From a virus (taxonomy: Duplodnaviria > Caudoviricetes): DNA of 48,518 nt. The notes beneath the pieces were generated by a model. The model made no database searches. It was not told the origin of the DNA and worked only from the letters and a program-made list of their open reading frames with translations. Where the stretch lies: positions 1 to 48,518 of IMG/VR virus record IMGVR_UViG_3300032290_000667. One strand, 5' to 3'. The translations under genes were made by a program, and so were the position numbers. The number at the start of each line of letters is the position of its first letter. The first letter of the stretch is position 1. Below, piece after piece: positions 8,887 to 16,625 of this stretch.

Positions 8887-9603
8887 TTAAAATGGCAATC
8901 CATCATCCTCCACATCATTAGCCTCAAAGATAGAGCTCTTTGATTCCTTGGCTAGCTGAGTCGGGATGTCATGCTTTGGCTCCTCTTGTTTACCCATGTA
9001 AGACACGAAGTACTCTTGTAACGCTTTGTCCATCTCAACTGCTTTGTCGTTGGCCTCAGATGATGCATCTCTTAAGGTAAACGCTGGCGTTGTATACTCT
9101 ACTTTGCCCTTCTTACCTTTGTCAAACGATGCAATCTCGATCGCTTTTGTCATGATAGAGCCTCTGTGGTTTTTAGAGAAGTCAGACCATGACTGCAATG
9201 AAGCACCCTTGAATTGTAGGCAACCAATAGCGTAGCTCTTGCCTTCTTTGTAGGCAATGTACACATTGGATGTGAACTTACCGCCTTGGCTCTTAACTGA
9301 GTCTTTAATGTCTGAATACAAGCCGTTGGCTAGCACTCCACCCTTGAAAGCTTTCACTACAAACTTGTCGTTCTTAGTGGACTTAACTTCGTTTGAGTAG
9401 ATACCGCTTTCACTTTGCTCATTGTAGCCCGTAATGGTGGCCGTTTGGTCTAGCACAAGGAATGTGAAAGGTAGTTTAAGGTGGATGTGTTTCTTCTCCT
9501 CCTTGTCGTAGTACTTAATTGTACTCTTGTCTGAGTCCCACTCGAACCATCGAGTTGCAGGATTCTTTACTTGGTCTGTTGTAGTGTTGTTACTTCTTGA
9601 CAT
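8887..9603 (-). CDS. ssDNA-binding / annealing-like protein
   Basis: Acidic C-terminal tail EDDGLPF typical of SSBs; adjacent to the ATPase. Confidence 0.55.
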   Translation of the reverse strand: MSRSNNTTTDQVKNPATRWFEWDSDKSTIKYYDKEEKKHIHLKLPFTFLVLDQTATITGYNEQSESGIYSNEVKSTKNDKFVVKAFKGGVLANGLYSDIKDSVKSQGGKFTSNVYIAYKEGKSYAIGCLQFKGASLQSWSDFSKNHRGSIMTKAIEIASFDKGKKGKVEYTTPAFTLRDASSEANDKAVEMDKALQEYFVSYMGKQEEPKHDIPTQLAKESKSSIFEANDVEDDGLPF

Positions 9604-9604
9604 A

Positions 9605-9796
9605 TTATTTATTATTAATTGGTTTAATATCTTCGTAGTATCTGACAATCTCTGAGTGTATGCCACCAAGGTTTGTCTTGATATGGTATTCAGTCACACG
9701 CTTTTTAATTACTATCTTGTAAATAGTACCGCGTCCCCATCTATCAAGCACCTTGAATGAGCGCCACTCAACCATGTCATTTACTCTATAGATCAT
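9605..9796 (-). CDS. hypothetical protein
   Basis: 63 aa ORF. Confidence 0.55.
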   Translation of the reverse strand: MIYRVNDMVEWRSFKVLDRWGRGTIYKIVIKKRVTEYHIKTNLGGIHSEIVRYYEDIKPINNK

Positions 9797-9881
9797 TTTT
9801 TCTTATTCTCGTTGTAGATTTCTATTACTCCTAAGATTAAGAAAAGCACAAACATGATGCTGTAAAAGATTTCTGAATTGC

Positions 9882-10097
9882 TCATAGGATTGTTACTTTA
9901 GTTACCTTGCTAAGCGCAGGGTTCTCCTTTTTGTAGTCGTTAATTAAGACACACTGCTCGGTAGTTACTTTTGTCTTATGCGCTCTTGCATAGGCAGTCA
10001 CTACTTGTGGAGATATGTCGGTTAGGAATGAGTCTCCGCTTTTTAGCTGAGACATCAGACTCATCATTGTGTTGGTATAAGATTTTACTTTGCTCAT
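9882..10097 (-). CDS. hypothetical protein
   Basis: 71 aa ORF downstream of TATATTTG promoter (10128-10135, minus). Confidence 0.65.
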   Translation of the reverse strand: MSKVKSYTNTMMSLMSQLKSGDSFLTDISPQVVTAYARAHKTKVTTEQCVLINDYKKENPALSKVTKVTIL

Positions 10098-10161
10098 TAT
10101 ATTGGTTTATATTGGTGTGGTAAATTGCAAATATAATATTTATATATTACTATGCAAATTT

Positions 10162-10386
10162 TTATTTTTCTATGTAATAAAATTGGTCGTTAAAAATAAA
10201 GCCCTCGAATAGCTCGCCATCCATCCCAAAGTTATGACGCTCTCGGTAGATGATTTCAGTCTCCTCGTATTGATCAAGTAGATTCACTACGATTTTGCTT
10301 TGACTGAGCCACATCAGAGATAGAGTCTCACCGCTTGGCAAGACTCTACTTTGGTCGGCAATGAAATTGCTTTTTGAATATTTCAT
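10162..10386 (-). CDS. hypothetical early protein
   Basis: 74 aa ORF. Confidence 0.6.
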   Translation of the reverse strand: MKYSKSNFIADQSRVLPSGETLSLMWLSQSKIVVNLLDQYEETEIIYRERHNFGMDGELFEGFIFNDQFYYIEK

Positions 10387-10676
10387 ATCTCTAAAGTTAC
10401 TTCGATTAGGCTATTGTCTCGGTAGTAGAATAGCACGGGTAATTGATGCTTTTTGCATACAAGTTCTACTGCATTCTGTCTCGCCTCCCATTTAATGTCG
10501 TTGTCCTCGTCTCGCAGTTTATCAATAAGATAAACATCCGCAGTCGTGGTCTTGTACTTTCGTTGGACTCCGTGGCTATCGGTTAGGGTTACATTTAGTG
10601 TGTAGACGCCGTCCTTGATTTGCACATAGCGTAAGGTGGCCTTGAGTGTCTCGTGGTTGTGTTGTGTTGTGTTCAT
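10383..10676 (-). CDS. hypothetical early protein
   Basis: MNTTQ start at 10676. Confidence 0.65.
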   Translation of the reverse strand: MNTTQHNHETLKATLRYVQIKDGVYTLNVTLTDSHGVQRKYKTTTADVYLIDKLRDEDNDIKWEARQNAVELVCKKHQLPVLFYYRDNSLIEVTLEI

Positions 10677-10677
10677 A

Positions 10678-10872
10678 TTATTCTGCAATTGATTCTATAA
10701 CTGATAAGTAGTAGTCGTACCACTGATTGAATAGGTCTTGAGCCTCCTCAGTGTAGAAGGTATCTCCGTTTGAGTGTAGTGAATAGATGTCAGACTCTTT
10801 GGTCATCTCATCTACCACTCGGTTGTTTGCTAGCTCTGAAGCTAATTCGATTTTGTTGATTGTAATATTCAT
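10678..10872 (-). CDS. hypothetical early protein
   Basis: 64 aa acidic ORF. Confidence 0.65.
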   Translation of the reverse strand: MNITINKIELASELANNRVVDEMTKESDIYSLHSNGDTFYTEEAQDLFNQWYDYYLSVIESIAE

Positions 10873-10891
10873 ATTGATTGTTGTTTGTTTA

Positions 10892-11179
10892 TTATTCAGC
10901 GCAGAAGGTTAAAGGTGGTATGCCTCGCAGTCTGCTTGGGGTTAATTCTAATAGGGCGCATATAACATTGGCTAAACGCTTATTGCCCTCAGTACCCTCT
11001 TGCAGTTGATTGGTGCCTATCATGGTCACCAAGGCTTGTGGTTCAATTCTTAATACCCTTTTGCAGAACTTTACATCTTGCCCAAGGTAAAAGGAATAGG
11101 TTTTACTTTTAGTGGTAATAGCCAGCGTCCAAAAGTGCGCTGAGCCATATTGCTCTGATATTTTAATCTCTGCTTTCAT
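10892..11179 (-). CDS. hypothetical early protein
   Basis: 95 aa ORF. Confidence 0.65.
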   Translation of the reverse strand: MKAEIKISEQYGSAHFWTLAITTKSKTYSFYLGQDVKFCKRVLRIEPQALVTMIGTNQLQEGTEGNKRLANVICALLELTPSRLRGIPPLTFCAE

Positions 11180-11325
11180 TGATTGTATTCTTTAATAAAG
11201 TATTGATATGCTTCTAGTTTAGTAAGTCTATTTTTGTATAGGCTATCTTGTGTCGTATAAAGATTGCGCCCCAATCTTATTATATTGTCGGAGCGCAACC
11301 AATCTTTAAAGTCTTGGCTATTCAT
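11176..11325 (-). CDS. small hypothetical protein (49 aa, not in ORF track)
   Basis: MNSQDFKDWLRSDNIIRLGRNLY...KEYNQ; overlaps both neighbours. Confidence 0.6.
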   Translation of the reverse strand: MNSQDFKDWLRSDNIIRLGRNLYTTQDSLYKNRLTKLEAYQYFIKEYNQ

Positions 11326-11740
11326 AGTGTACTGAGCCAAAGATTAATGTTTGTAATACCTCGTCAACATCGTTAGTGGTATAGTCGAATGACAATATCT
11401 TAACAATGTGGATAGGATTGCATATGTCAAAATTATTATTGAACTTATTGATGTCAAACTCAGCATAGGTTAAGCTATTCTCACCCTCTTTGAAGTCAAT
11501 AAACTTTAAAGTATACCCGTCATTGATCAATTGGGCTAATATCTCCTCGTAAGATGGGCGGTAAGATGTCTCTACGCCTTGCTCGTTTCTTATCTCGCTT
11601 AGGATGTGTTGCTTTGCTGATTGATAACTGCCGTTGCTGTGGACGACATGAAGCCCCCACATATTTACACACTCTTGTAAGGAGGCAAAGCAGATTTCCA
11701 ATAGTCGTTGTTTTTCTTGTGATGTGATTTGTAGTTTCAT
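11318..11740 (-). CDS. hypothetical early protein
   Basis: MKLQIT start; ends DEVLQTLIFGSVHYE. Confidence 0.65.
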   Translation of the reverse strand: MKLQITSQEKQRLLEICFASLQECVNMWGLHVVHSNGSYQSAKQHILSEIRNEQGVETSYRPSYEEILAQLINDGYTLKFIDFKEGENSLTYAEFDINKFNNNFDICNPIHIVKILSFDYTTNDVDEVLQTLIFGSVHYE

Positions 11741-11753
11741 TGTATTGATTGGT

Positions 11754-11975
11754 TTAAATTGATAGTGTGTCAAATCCTAGGTGCATTTCAATTACCTCAT
11801 TAGGATATGCTGAGGTAAGGGCGTTTACCAAATCGTAGTTGTCATATGTTCTATCATCTGACCTTACGATAGGGGTTAGTACGCTTTTGATTTGTTCGTC
11901 GCTTAGCGAAGTCAATAGATAAAAATTCTCTTCGCTGTACGCTGTCGTGTTGATTTCGATTACTCTTGTGTTCAT
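11754..11975 (-). CDS. hypothetical early protein
   Basis: 73 aa ORF. Confidence 0.65.
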   Translation of the reverse strand: MNTRVIEINTTAYSEENFYLLTSLSDEQIKSVLTPIVRSDDRTYDNYDLVNALTSAYPNEVIEMHLGFDTLSI

Positions 11976-11993
11976 ATTGATTAAATTTAAAGT

Positions 11994-12040
11994 TTGAAGG
12001 CGTGGGCGGAATCGAACCGCCCTTTATTCCAAAACGCCTT
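11994..12040 (-). ncRNA. armless tRNA-like element D
   Basis: AGGCGT-TTTGGAATAAA-GGGCGG-TTCGATT-CCGCCC-ACGCCT-T-CAA: 12 bp coaxial stem, canonical T-loop. Confidence 0.8.
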
Positions 12041-12046
12041 AGGATG

Positions 12047-12211
12047 TTAATTGGTTCTAAAGTATTCCGCTATTTCAATTAGTTCGTCAATTAATTGCTC
12101 TTCGCTCATCATGGCGTACTTTTTAGCGTCACTTACTTTAGTGATTTCATCAGATGCAAAGTCAAAGATTGCTTCGATTAATTTTTCTCGTGTGGTTTGT
12201 TTTGTGTTCAT
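12047..12211 (-). CDS. small hypothetical protein (54 aa, not in ORF track)
   Basis: MNTKQTTREKLIEAIFDFAS...EYFRTN with the shared leader. Confidence 0.65.
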   Translation of the reverse strand: MNTKQTTREKLIEAIFDFASDEITKVSDAKKYAMMSEEQLIDELIEIAEYFRTN

Positions 12212-12235
12212 GATATTTAATGTTTAAGTTGTTAA

Positions 12236-12781
12236 TTAATCCCTTTCAATTGTAGCCTCAATATTCCAATCGATAACCGCATCAATGTCAGTTAAGTTGT
12301 GCTGTTCTTTGAACTCGTTTAATATATCAAAGTATAAATTAGAATGCATTTGTGTAATGTCCAATGATATGCGCTTTGGCTCAGATTGGTCAATTTGCTC
12401 TCTTACCACCTCAGTTACAAAGTCGTAGGCACATCTGCGCATACGCTCTCTGTCATCGTCATCGCTGTAGGCGTACTCGATAAAGTTGTTTAACTCGTCT
12501 AGAAGGGCTTGCTCTGAGTCAGTAATCGCAACGCTGTGAGACGCTAATTGCTCATTGGTCAAGCTAATTTTTTCATTTAGGATATCCTTAGTATCGCTTT
12601 CGGGATTGCTCATGATTAATTGCCTTAACATTTGGTCGGTCATGCCAATTTGCTCTAGGACATACTCCATGGTTTCGCCATCTACATTAATACCTTTTAA
12701 TAAGGCAATTGCAGTGTTGACAGCTGTCGCGTTTACATCGCTTTGTGACATTAAGAATGTCTGATTTGTTTTTGTGTTCAT
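12236..12781 (-). CDS. hypothetical early protein
   Basis: MNTKT start at 12781; the upstream ATG lies inside the tRNA-like element. Confidence 0.7.
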   Translation of the reverse strand: MNTKTNQTFLMSQSDVNATAVNTAIALLKGINVDGETMEYVLEQIGMTDQMLRQLIMSNPESDTKDILNEKISLTNEQLASHSVAITDSEQALLDELNNFIEYAYSDDDDRERMRRCAYDFVTEVVREQIDQSEPKRISLDITQMHSNLYFDILNEFKEQHNLTDIDAVIDWNIEATIERD

Positions 12782-12799
12782 AATAATTGAATTTAAGTT

Positions 12800-12845
12800 T
12801 GGAAGGTATGTGGGGAGTCGAACCCCACCGAAGACCATCTACCTT
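12800..12845 (-). ncRNA. armless tRNA-like element C
   Basis: AGGTAG-ATGGTCTTCG-GTGGGG-TTCGACT-CCCCAC-ATACCT-T-CCA: 12 nt from T-loop to discriminator, encoded CCA. Confidence 0.8.
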
Positions 12846-12853
12846 AGTGTAGG

Positions 12854-13780
12854 CTATGCGCCTACGAAGTCATATACTTTTGATTTGCTCTGAGACGCTA
12901 ACCACTTCATGCACTCGTCATAGCCCATAAGATTGGTTTTGTAGCCACCACCTGCCATGATATACGATTGCTTTGCCTCATCACCCTTTGGTGAAGCGTA
13001 GTGATTAGTGTAACGCGTAACCGCGTTAAACAATGACCATATAGTCGCGCCATGGTCGTTCATTTCCTTGTTTAAGGCATTGCTAAACGCTTCCACTTGA
13101 TTACGCTTAACGGCTGACACCTCGGCTATCTTAGTGTCCTTTTGCACACCAAATATCTTGTTGATAATAGACTCGACCATGGAGCCATCTAATTTAGCAT
13201 CCGCCATGCGCTTGAAGTCTACCATCAATGCCTCGTCAAGTTCAATTGACCTTCTTAAGTCGTGCATGGCTTGTTTAACTCTATCCTCAGCGCTTGAAGT
13301 ATGTCTGAACTTGCTCAAATCCTTATGCGCTTTGTAGAATGTGTTTTGGCAGATAACAACCACATTGCTAGAGCCAAATGAGATAGACGATGAGCCATCG
13401 TGTGAGTTAAGCGCGGTAATGTTTCTTTTTACACCGCTGTTACCGATATACTCATCGGGTAACGCTACTTGCAAAAATACTTTGCGCCCACCATCTAATT
13501 GACCTCCGCTAGTGGTTACTTTGCCAATGCCCTCGGAGGCTTGTACGATTGTCTCGGCTAATTGGTGATTTTGAAAGGGTGTGTACTGATTACCTACACT
13601 GCCTAGCCATGACTGAGAGTCTGAGCGAAACATCCCGAAGGTCTCAGTGGTTTTGCCATCTGCGGTGACAAGTGGCTCCTTGGTTACTGACCAATTTAAG
13701 CCCGTTTTCTCTAGTACATCTAGTGTACGCTCGAATAGTGTGTTGTTGTTCATGTCGATTTGAAATTGATTTGTGTTCAT
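12854..13780 (-). CDS. DUF932 (TIGR03299-like) phage/plasmid protein
   Basis: GLNWSVTKEPL, LGSVGNQYTPFQN, GGRKVF, NSHDGS, VVVICQNT, RHT, TIWSLFNAVTRY motifs. Confidence 0.85.
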   Translation of the reverse strand: MNTNQFQIDMNNNTLFERTLDVLEKTGLNWSVTKEPLVTADGKTTETFGMFRSDSQSWLGSVGNQYTPFQNHQLAETIVQASEGIGKVTTSGGQLDGGRKVFLQVALPDEYIGNSGVKRNITALNSHDGSSSISFGSSNVVVICQNTFYKAHKDLSKFRHTSSAEDRVKQAMHDLRRSIELDEALMVDFKRMADAKLDGSMVESIINKIFGVQKDTKIAEVSAVKRNQVEAFSNALNKEMNDHGATIWSLFNAVTRYTNHYASPKGDEAKQSYIMAGGGYKTNLMGYDECMKWLASQSKSKVYDFVGA

Positions 13781-13801
13781 AATAATTAAATTGTTTAAGT
13801 T

Positions 13802-13853
13802 GATTAAGACGGGCAAACGCCCGTTTCGACTATTGAAGTCTCGTCAGTTAACC
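13802..13853 (-). ncRNA. type I hammerhead ribozyme
   Basis: GGTTAA-CTGACGA-GACT(TCAAT)AGTC-GAA-ACGGGC(GTTT)GCCCGT-C^TTAATC: intact core, three stems, GUC cleavage triplet. Confidence 0.93.
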
Positions 13854-14051
13854 TAGTTGAAACATTGCTATAGTATCGGGCAGTGTCTCGGTGTCATCGT
13901 TGTCAAATTGCTCATAGAAGTATGTAGCGTCTAGCCAATCAATGAAGTCTAGTTTAGATTGGCTGTCAAGGGCTTTGTACATGGCTATGGCGCTATCTTT
14001 GTCGCCATGCCCTAGGGTGTACATGATGTGTTCAAATGTGTCTAGTGTCAT
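13848..14051 (-). CDS. hypothetical early protein
   Basis: 67 aa ORF; its TAA forms part of hammerhead stem I. Confidence 0.65.
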   Translation of the reverse strand: MTLDTFEHIMYTLGHGDKDSAIAMYKALDSQSKLDFIDWLDATYFYEQFDNDDTETLPDTIAMFQLG

Positions 14052-14257
14052 GATATAAATAATTTGCTAATTTTGGTATCTAAGGCTTTTATGCTTTGGT
14101 ATTGCGCTTGGTCATCCAAAAGGGGATTCTCATTTAAGTCGGTGTACATCTCGCGCCATAGCGTGTTATAAATGTAACTTAATTGGTCAGAGTCTAGAGA
14201 CTCAATAAGCGCTACCCACTTGGCGCGTTGTTCGATGGTGTGTTGGTCGATTGTCAT
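14048..14257 (-). CDS. hypothetical early protein
   Basis: 69 aa ORF. Confidence 0.65.
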   Translation of the reverse strand: MTIDQHTIEQRAKWVALIESLDSDQLSYIYNTLWREMYTDLNENPLLDDQAQYQSIKALDTKISKLFIS

Positions 14258-14259
14258 GA

Positions 14260-14538
14260 TTAAAAGTATAAAATTGCTTCGTGTCTGCTATAAAATTGAA
14301 TGCTGTTTTCTAGTGTACCCTTAGAGCCTTTTTTAAGGTCATTACGGGACGGGATGCGATTGCCATAGTAGTCATAAAAGGGTATCGTTGGAAGCATACA
14401 AGCCCCACACTCTAGGAGTCTCATTGCCTCTCTACCCATAGAGCCTTCCATGTGCCATACTGAGCCATCATTGATTAGGCGTTGCATAGTGTCAAAGCCC
14501 GCCTCTTTTTGTCTTTTTTGAATTGATTTGTAGTTCAT
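14260..14538 (-). CDS. hypothetical early protein
   Basis: 92 aa ORF (MQRLINDGSVWHMEGSMGREAM). Confidence 0.7.
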   Translation of the reverse strand: MNYKSIQKRQKEAGFDTMQRLINDGSVWHMEGSMGREAMRLLECGACMLPTIPFYDYYGNRIPSRNDLKKGSKGTLENSIQFYSRHEAILYF

Positions 14539-14540
14539 AA

Positions 14541-14762
14541 TTAAAATTGATTTTTTACTATAGTGTTAAAATTGTCGCGTACATATTCGTATATCGCTTG
14601 GTTCTCCTCGGCGCTATAGCGAGACTCATCCCACATTAACTCATCTACATAGTTAACTCCGTGGTCATAACCTTTGAAGCCCCAACATTCGTAGCCACCA
14701 ATACCGCTATTCATGTAGATTGGTGTAAACTCGACATCGTCAAAAAATTCTTGTGTATACAT
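14541..14762 (-). CDS. hypothetical early protein
   Basis: 73 aa ORF (GIGGYECWG). Confidence 0.65.
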   Translation of the reverse strand: MYTQEFFDDVEFTPIYMNSGIGGYECWGFKGYDHGVNYVDELMWDESRYSAEENQAIYEYVRDNFNTIVKNQF

Positions 14763-14775
14763 AATAAAATAAAGT

Positions 14776-14821
14776 TAGAAGGCGTACGGGGAATCGAACC
14801 CCGTTACATCCAATACGCCTT
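14776..14821 (-). ncRNA. armless tRNA-like element B
   Basis: AGGCGTA-TTGGATGTAA-CGGGG-TTCGATT-CCCCG-TACGCCT-T-CTA: perfect 7 bp acceptor + 5 bp T-stem. Confidence 0.85.
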
Positions 14822-14827
14822 GGGTGA

Positions 14828-15046
14828 TTAATCGTTAAATCCTAGGTGCTTGTATACTTTGTCACATAAGCCCTCATAAATGCTAGGGGCAACTAAGCCG
14901 TTGTTCCATGCATCTGAGTCTTGCTTGAGGCTTTGTCTAGTCATGTCACTGATGGTCAATAGGCGCTCTCTAAGAATAGCCAATTCCATAAGGTCTAAGT
15001 CTTTTAATAAAGATTTGATTGCTTGGTCGTTTGTTTTTTGTTTCAT
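14828..15046 (-). CDS. hypothetical early protein (first gene of the leftward operon)
   Basis: 72 aa ORF flanked by tRNA-like elements. Confidence 0.7.
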   Translation of the reverse strand: MKQKTNDQAIKSLLKDLDLMELAILRERLLTISDMTRQSLKQDSDAWNNGLVAPSIYEGLCDKVYKHLGFND

Positions 15047-15066
15047 GATATTGTTTGATTAAAGTT

Positions 15067-15134
15067 TGGTAGACATGAGAAGGAGTCGAACCCTCTAGCA
15101 ATCCCTTGTGGGCAATTGCTGACCATCCATGCTA
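15067..15134 (-). ncRNA. tRNA-like element A with an extra hairpin
   Basis: TAGCATG-GATGGTC-AGCAAT(TGCCCACAAGGG)ATTGCT-AGAGGG-TTCGACT-CCTTCT-CATGTCT-A-CCA. Confidence 0.75.
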
Positions 15135-15214
15135 TATTAGTCGTTGTTAGTGCCTTCGCTTCGGGGTTATATCATGCCCTACTACTTAGTGCTGTCGCTG
15201 TCGCTTTCGCTGTA

Positions 15215-15249
15215 TGTCAAAGAACTCTTCGCCTCTAGAATCGCTTCTA
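15215..15249 (-). promoter_or_regulatory. boxB-like hairpin plus boxA antitermination site
   Basis: TAGAA-GCGA-TTCTA GNRA hairpin followed by AGTTCTTTGACA (rrn boxA TGCTCTTTAACA-like). Confidence 0.65.
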
Positions 15250-15724
15250 TTTTACACCCTACTTGGAAGTCAAGACTATGCACAGCACAATCGCTGTCTT
15301 TTCTGTCCGCTCAACTTGTTCCCCTCGCTCGCTTCACAGCGTGCTTTTCGGTCGGCATGGCCACCCACTTATTCGCAACATATGTAAACATATGAGGCTT
15401 TCGATGGTACGGGTATGATTATGATAAGTAACCGCCCGTTAGTGTGTCAGAACTGAGGGCAAAACAAATGCATAAAAATCATATAAAAAAATATTTGTGA
15501 AAAATAATTTGTAACTAACTGAAAATCAAGCCCGTTTTTTTCATTTTATTGGGTTTGAAGCATTTTAAAATTGTAAGTTCTTAGTCTCCCAAGGGATTAA
15601 GGCCTAAAAACAGCCTAAAATTGAGGGTAAAAAAACACCCCAAAAATATAAAAAATAGCCGTTTTGAAAAAATCCCAACAAAACCCCTAGTAAATGTGTT
15701 CAAAAACTCCGCAAACCCTTGATT

Positions 15725-16369
15725 TTACAAGGCCTCTAGGTCATTTAGCCATGAATTGCGAGTAAAATCCTTGTAAACCCTTGTAAACATTAGGTTAAAC
15801 TCATCAAAAATCTTATCAGTTTCACGAGTTAAACAATAGTACTTAGCATTAAGCATATGAGAAGGGACTATAAGCCCTGTCAAATCGTGTACCTCAGACG
15901 CTGAGAGGTGCCTAAGAAAGCCAAGGCTAACCAATTCCTTAAACACCTTATAAAAATGCTTCTTATTGCCCGTGTGTTTCATTAACTGAGAGGCCTTAAA
16001 CACATGGCTTAACTGCGCTAACACCCAACAATTGACAAGCATATCGAACTGAAGGTCATTCAAGCCCCTAAGCCCTACAACCTTCTCCCGTGCATCCTTG
16101 AGATGATTGTATGCTATTCCTATGAGATATCCGAAGGCTAGAGACTCTTTGCCATAGCGTATGCCCACCTCAACCCTATTCATGTGTTCTCGTTGCCTAG
16201 AAGCCTCCACACGAACCCTAGGGCTATTCATGATAAGGGATAAGGGGATAAGCGATAGGAGGGCATCAGCATCCAATTGACTCAGAGGGCTTGTAATATC
16301 AGCGGAGGGCTTAAACTTTCCAAGGTGTTCAGATAGATAGGCCAATTGTTTGGTGCTTCGTTTTCCCAT
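15725..16369 (-). CDS. hypothetical protein with winged-helix-like C-terminus
   Basis: FYKVFKELVSLGFLR...YYCLTRETDKIF; promoter TATATTTG at 16391-16398 (minus). Confidence 0.55.
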   Translation of the reverse strand: MGKRSTKQLAYLSEHLGKFKPSADITSPLSQLDADALLSLIPLSLIMNSPRVRVEASRQREHMNRVEVGIRYGKESLAFGYLIGIAYNHLKDAREKVVGLRGLNDLQFDMLVNCWVLAQLSHVFKASQLMKHTGNKKHFYKVFKELVSLGFLRHLSASEVHDLTGLIVPSHMLNAKYYCLTRETDKIFDEFNLMFTRVYKDFTRNSWLNDLEAL

Positions 16370-16597
16370 TGTTTCTTGGTGTATTGCTTGCAAATATACG
16401 ATAAAGGCATAAGAGATGTCCGTTTTTTTGGCTGATTTTGAGGCATGGAGAAAATAAGGGGAGGGAAACCATATTCTTTCACTTAAAACACCTAGATTTC
16501 ATGCGCTTTTGCGCCTTTTCCCCTTCCAAGATGCCCTTCCCTCAAGGGATGCAAGGCATAACCCTTTGGAGATTGGCTTGTGCCAAGGCTTTCACTT

Positions 16598-16625
16598 CTG
16601 TCTTATAATAAACATTATGTTAACC
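16598..16625 (+). other. XerCD dif-like recombination site
   Basis: CTGTCTTATAA-TAAACA-TTATGTTAACC: 11-6-11 layout, XerD arm 9/11 identical to TTATGTTAAAT. Confidence 0.75.

Noticed and set aside
11258-11310. Long imperfect hairpin (AAAGATT..GCGCTCCGA / TTGGGGCGCAATCTTT) as another intergenic RNA element
   Set aside because: It lies inside a translationally coupled 49 aa ORF (11176-11325) and has no T-loop or ribozyme core; an RNase III site cannot be excluded.
11994-15134. Calling the tRNA-like elements real tRNA genes or terminators
   Set aside because: They lack D and anticodon arms (A has a non-canonical arm), and no U-tract follows the stems on the transcribed strand.
15144-15395. Plus-strand 83 aa ORF, also 16509-16730 and 28385-28573
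   Set aside because: Non-ATG starts, atypical composition, and overlap with better-supported non-coding elements.
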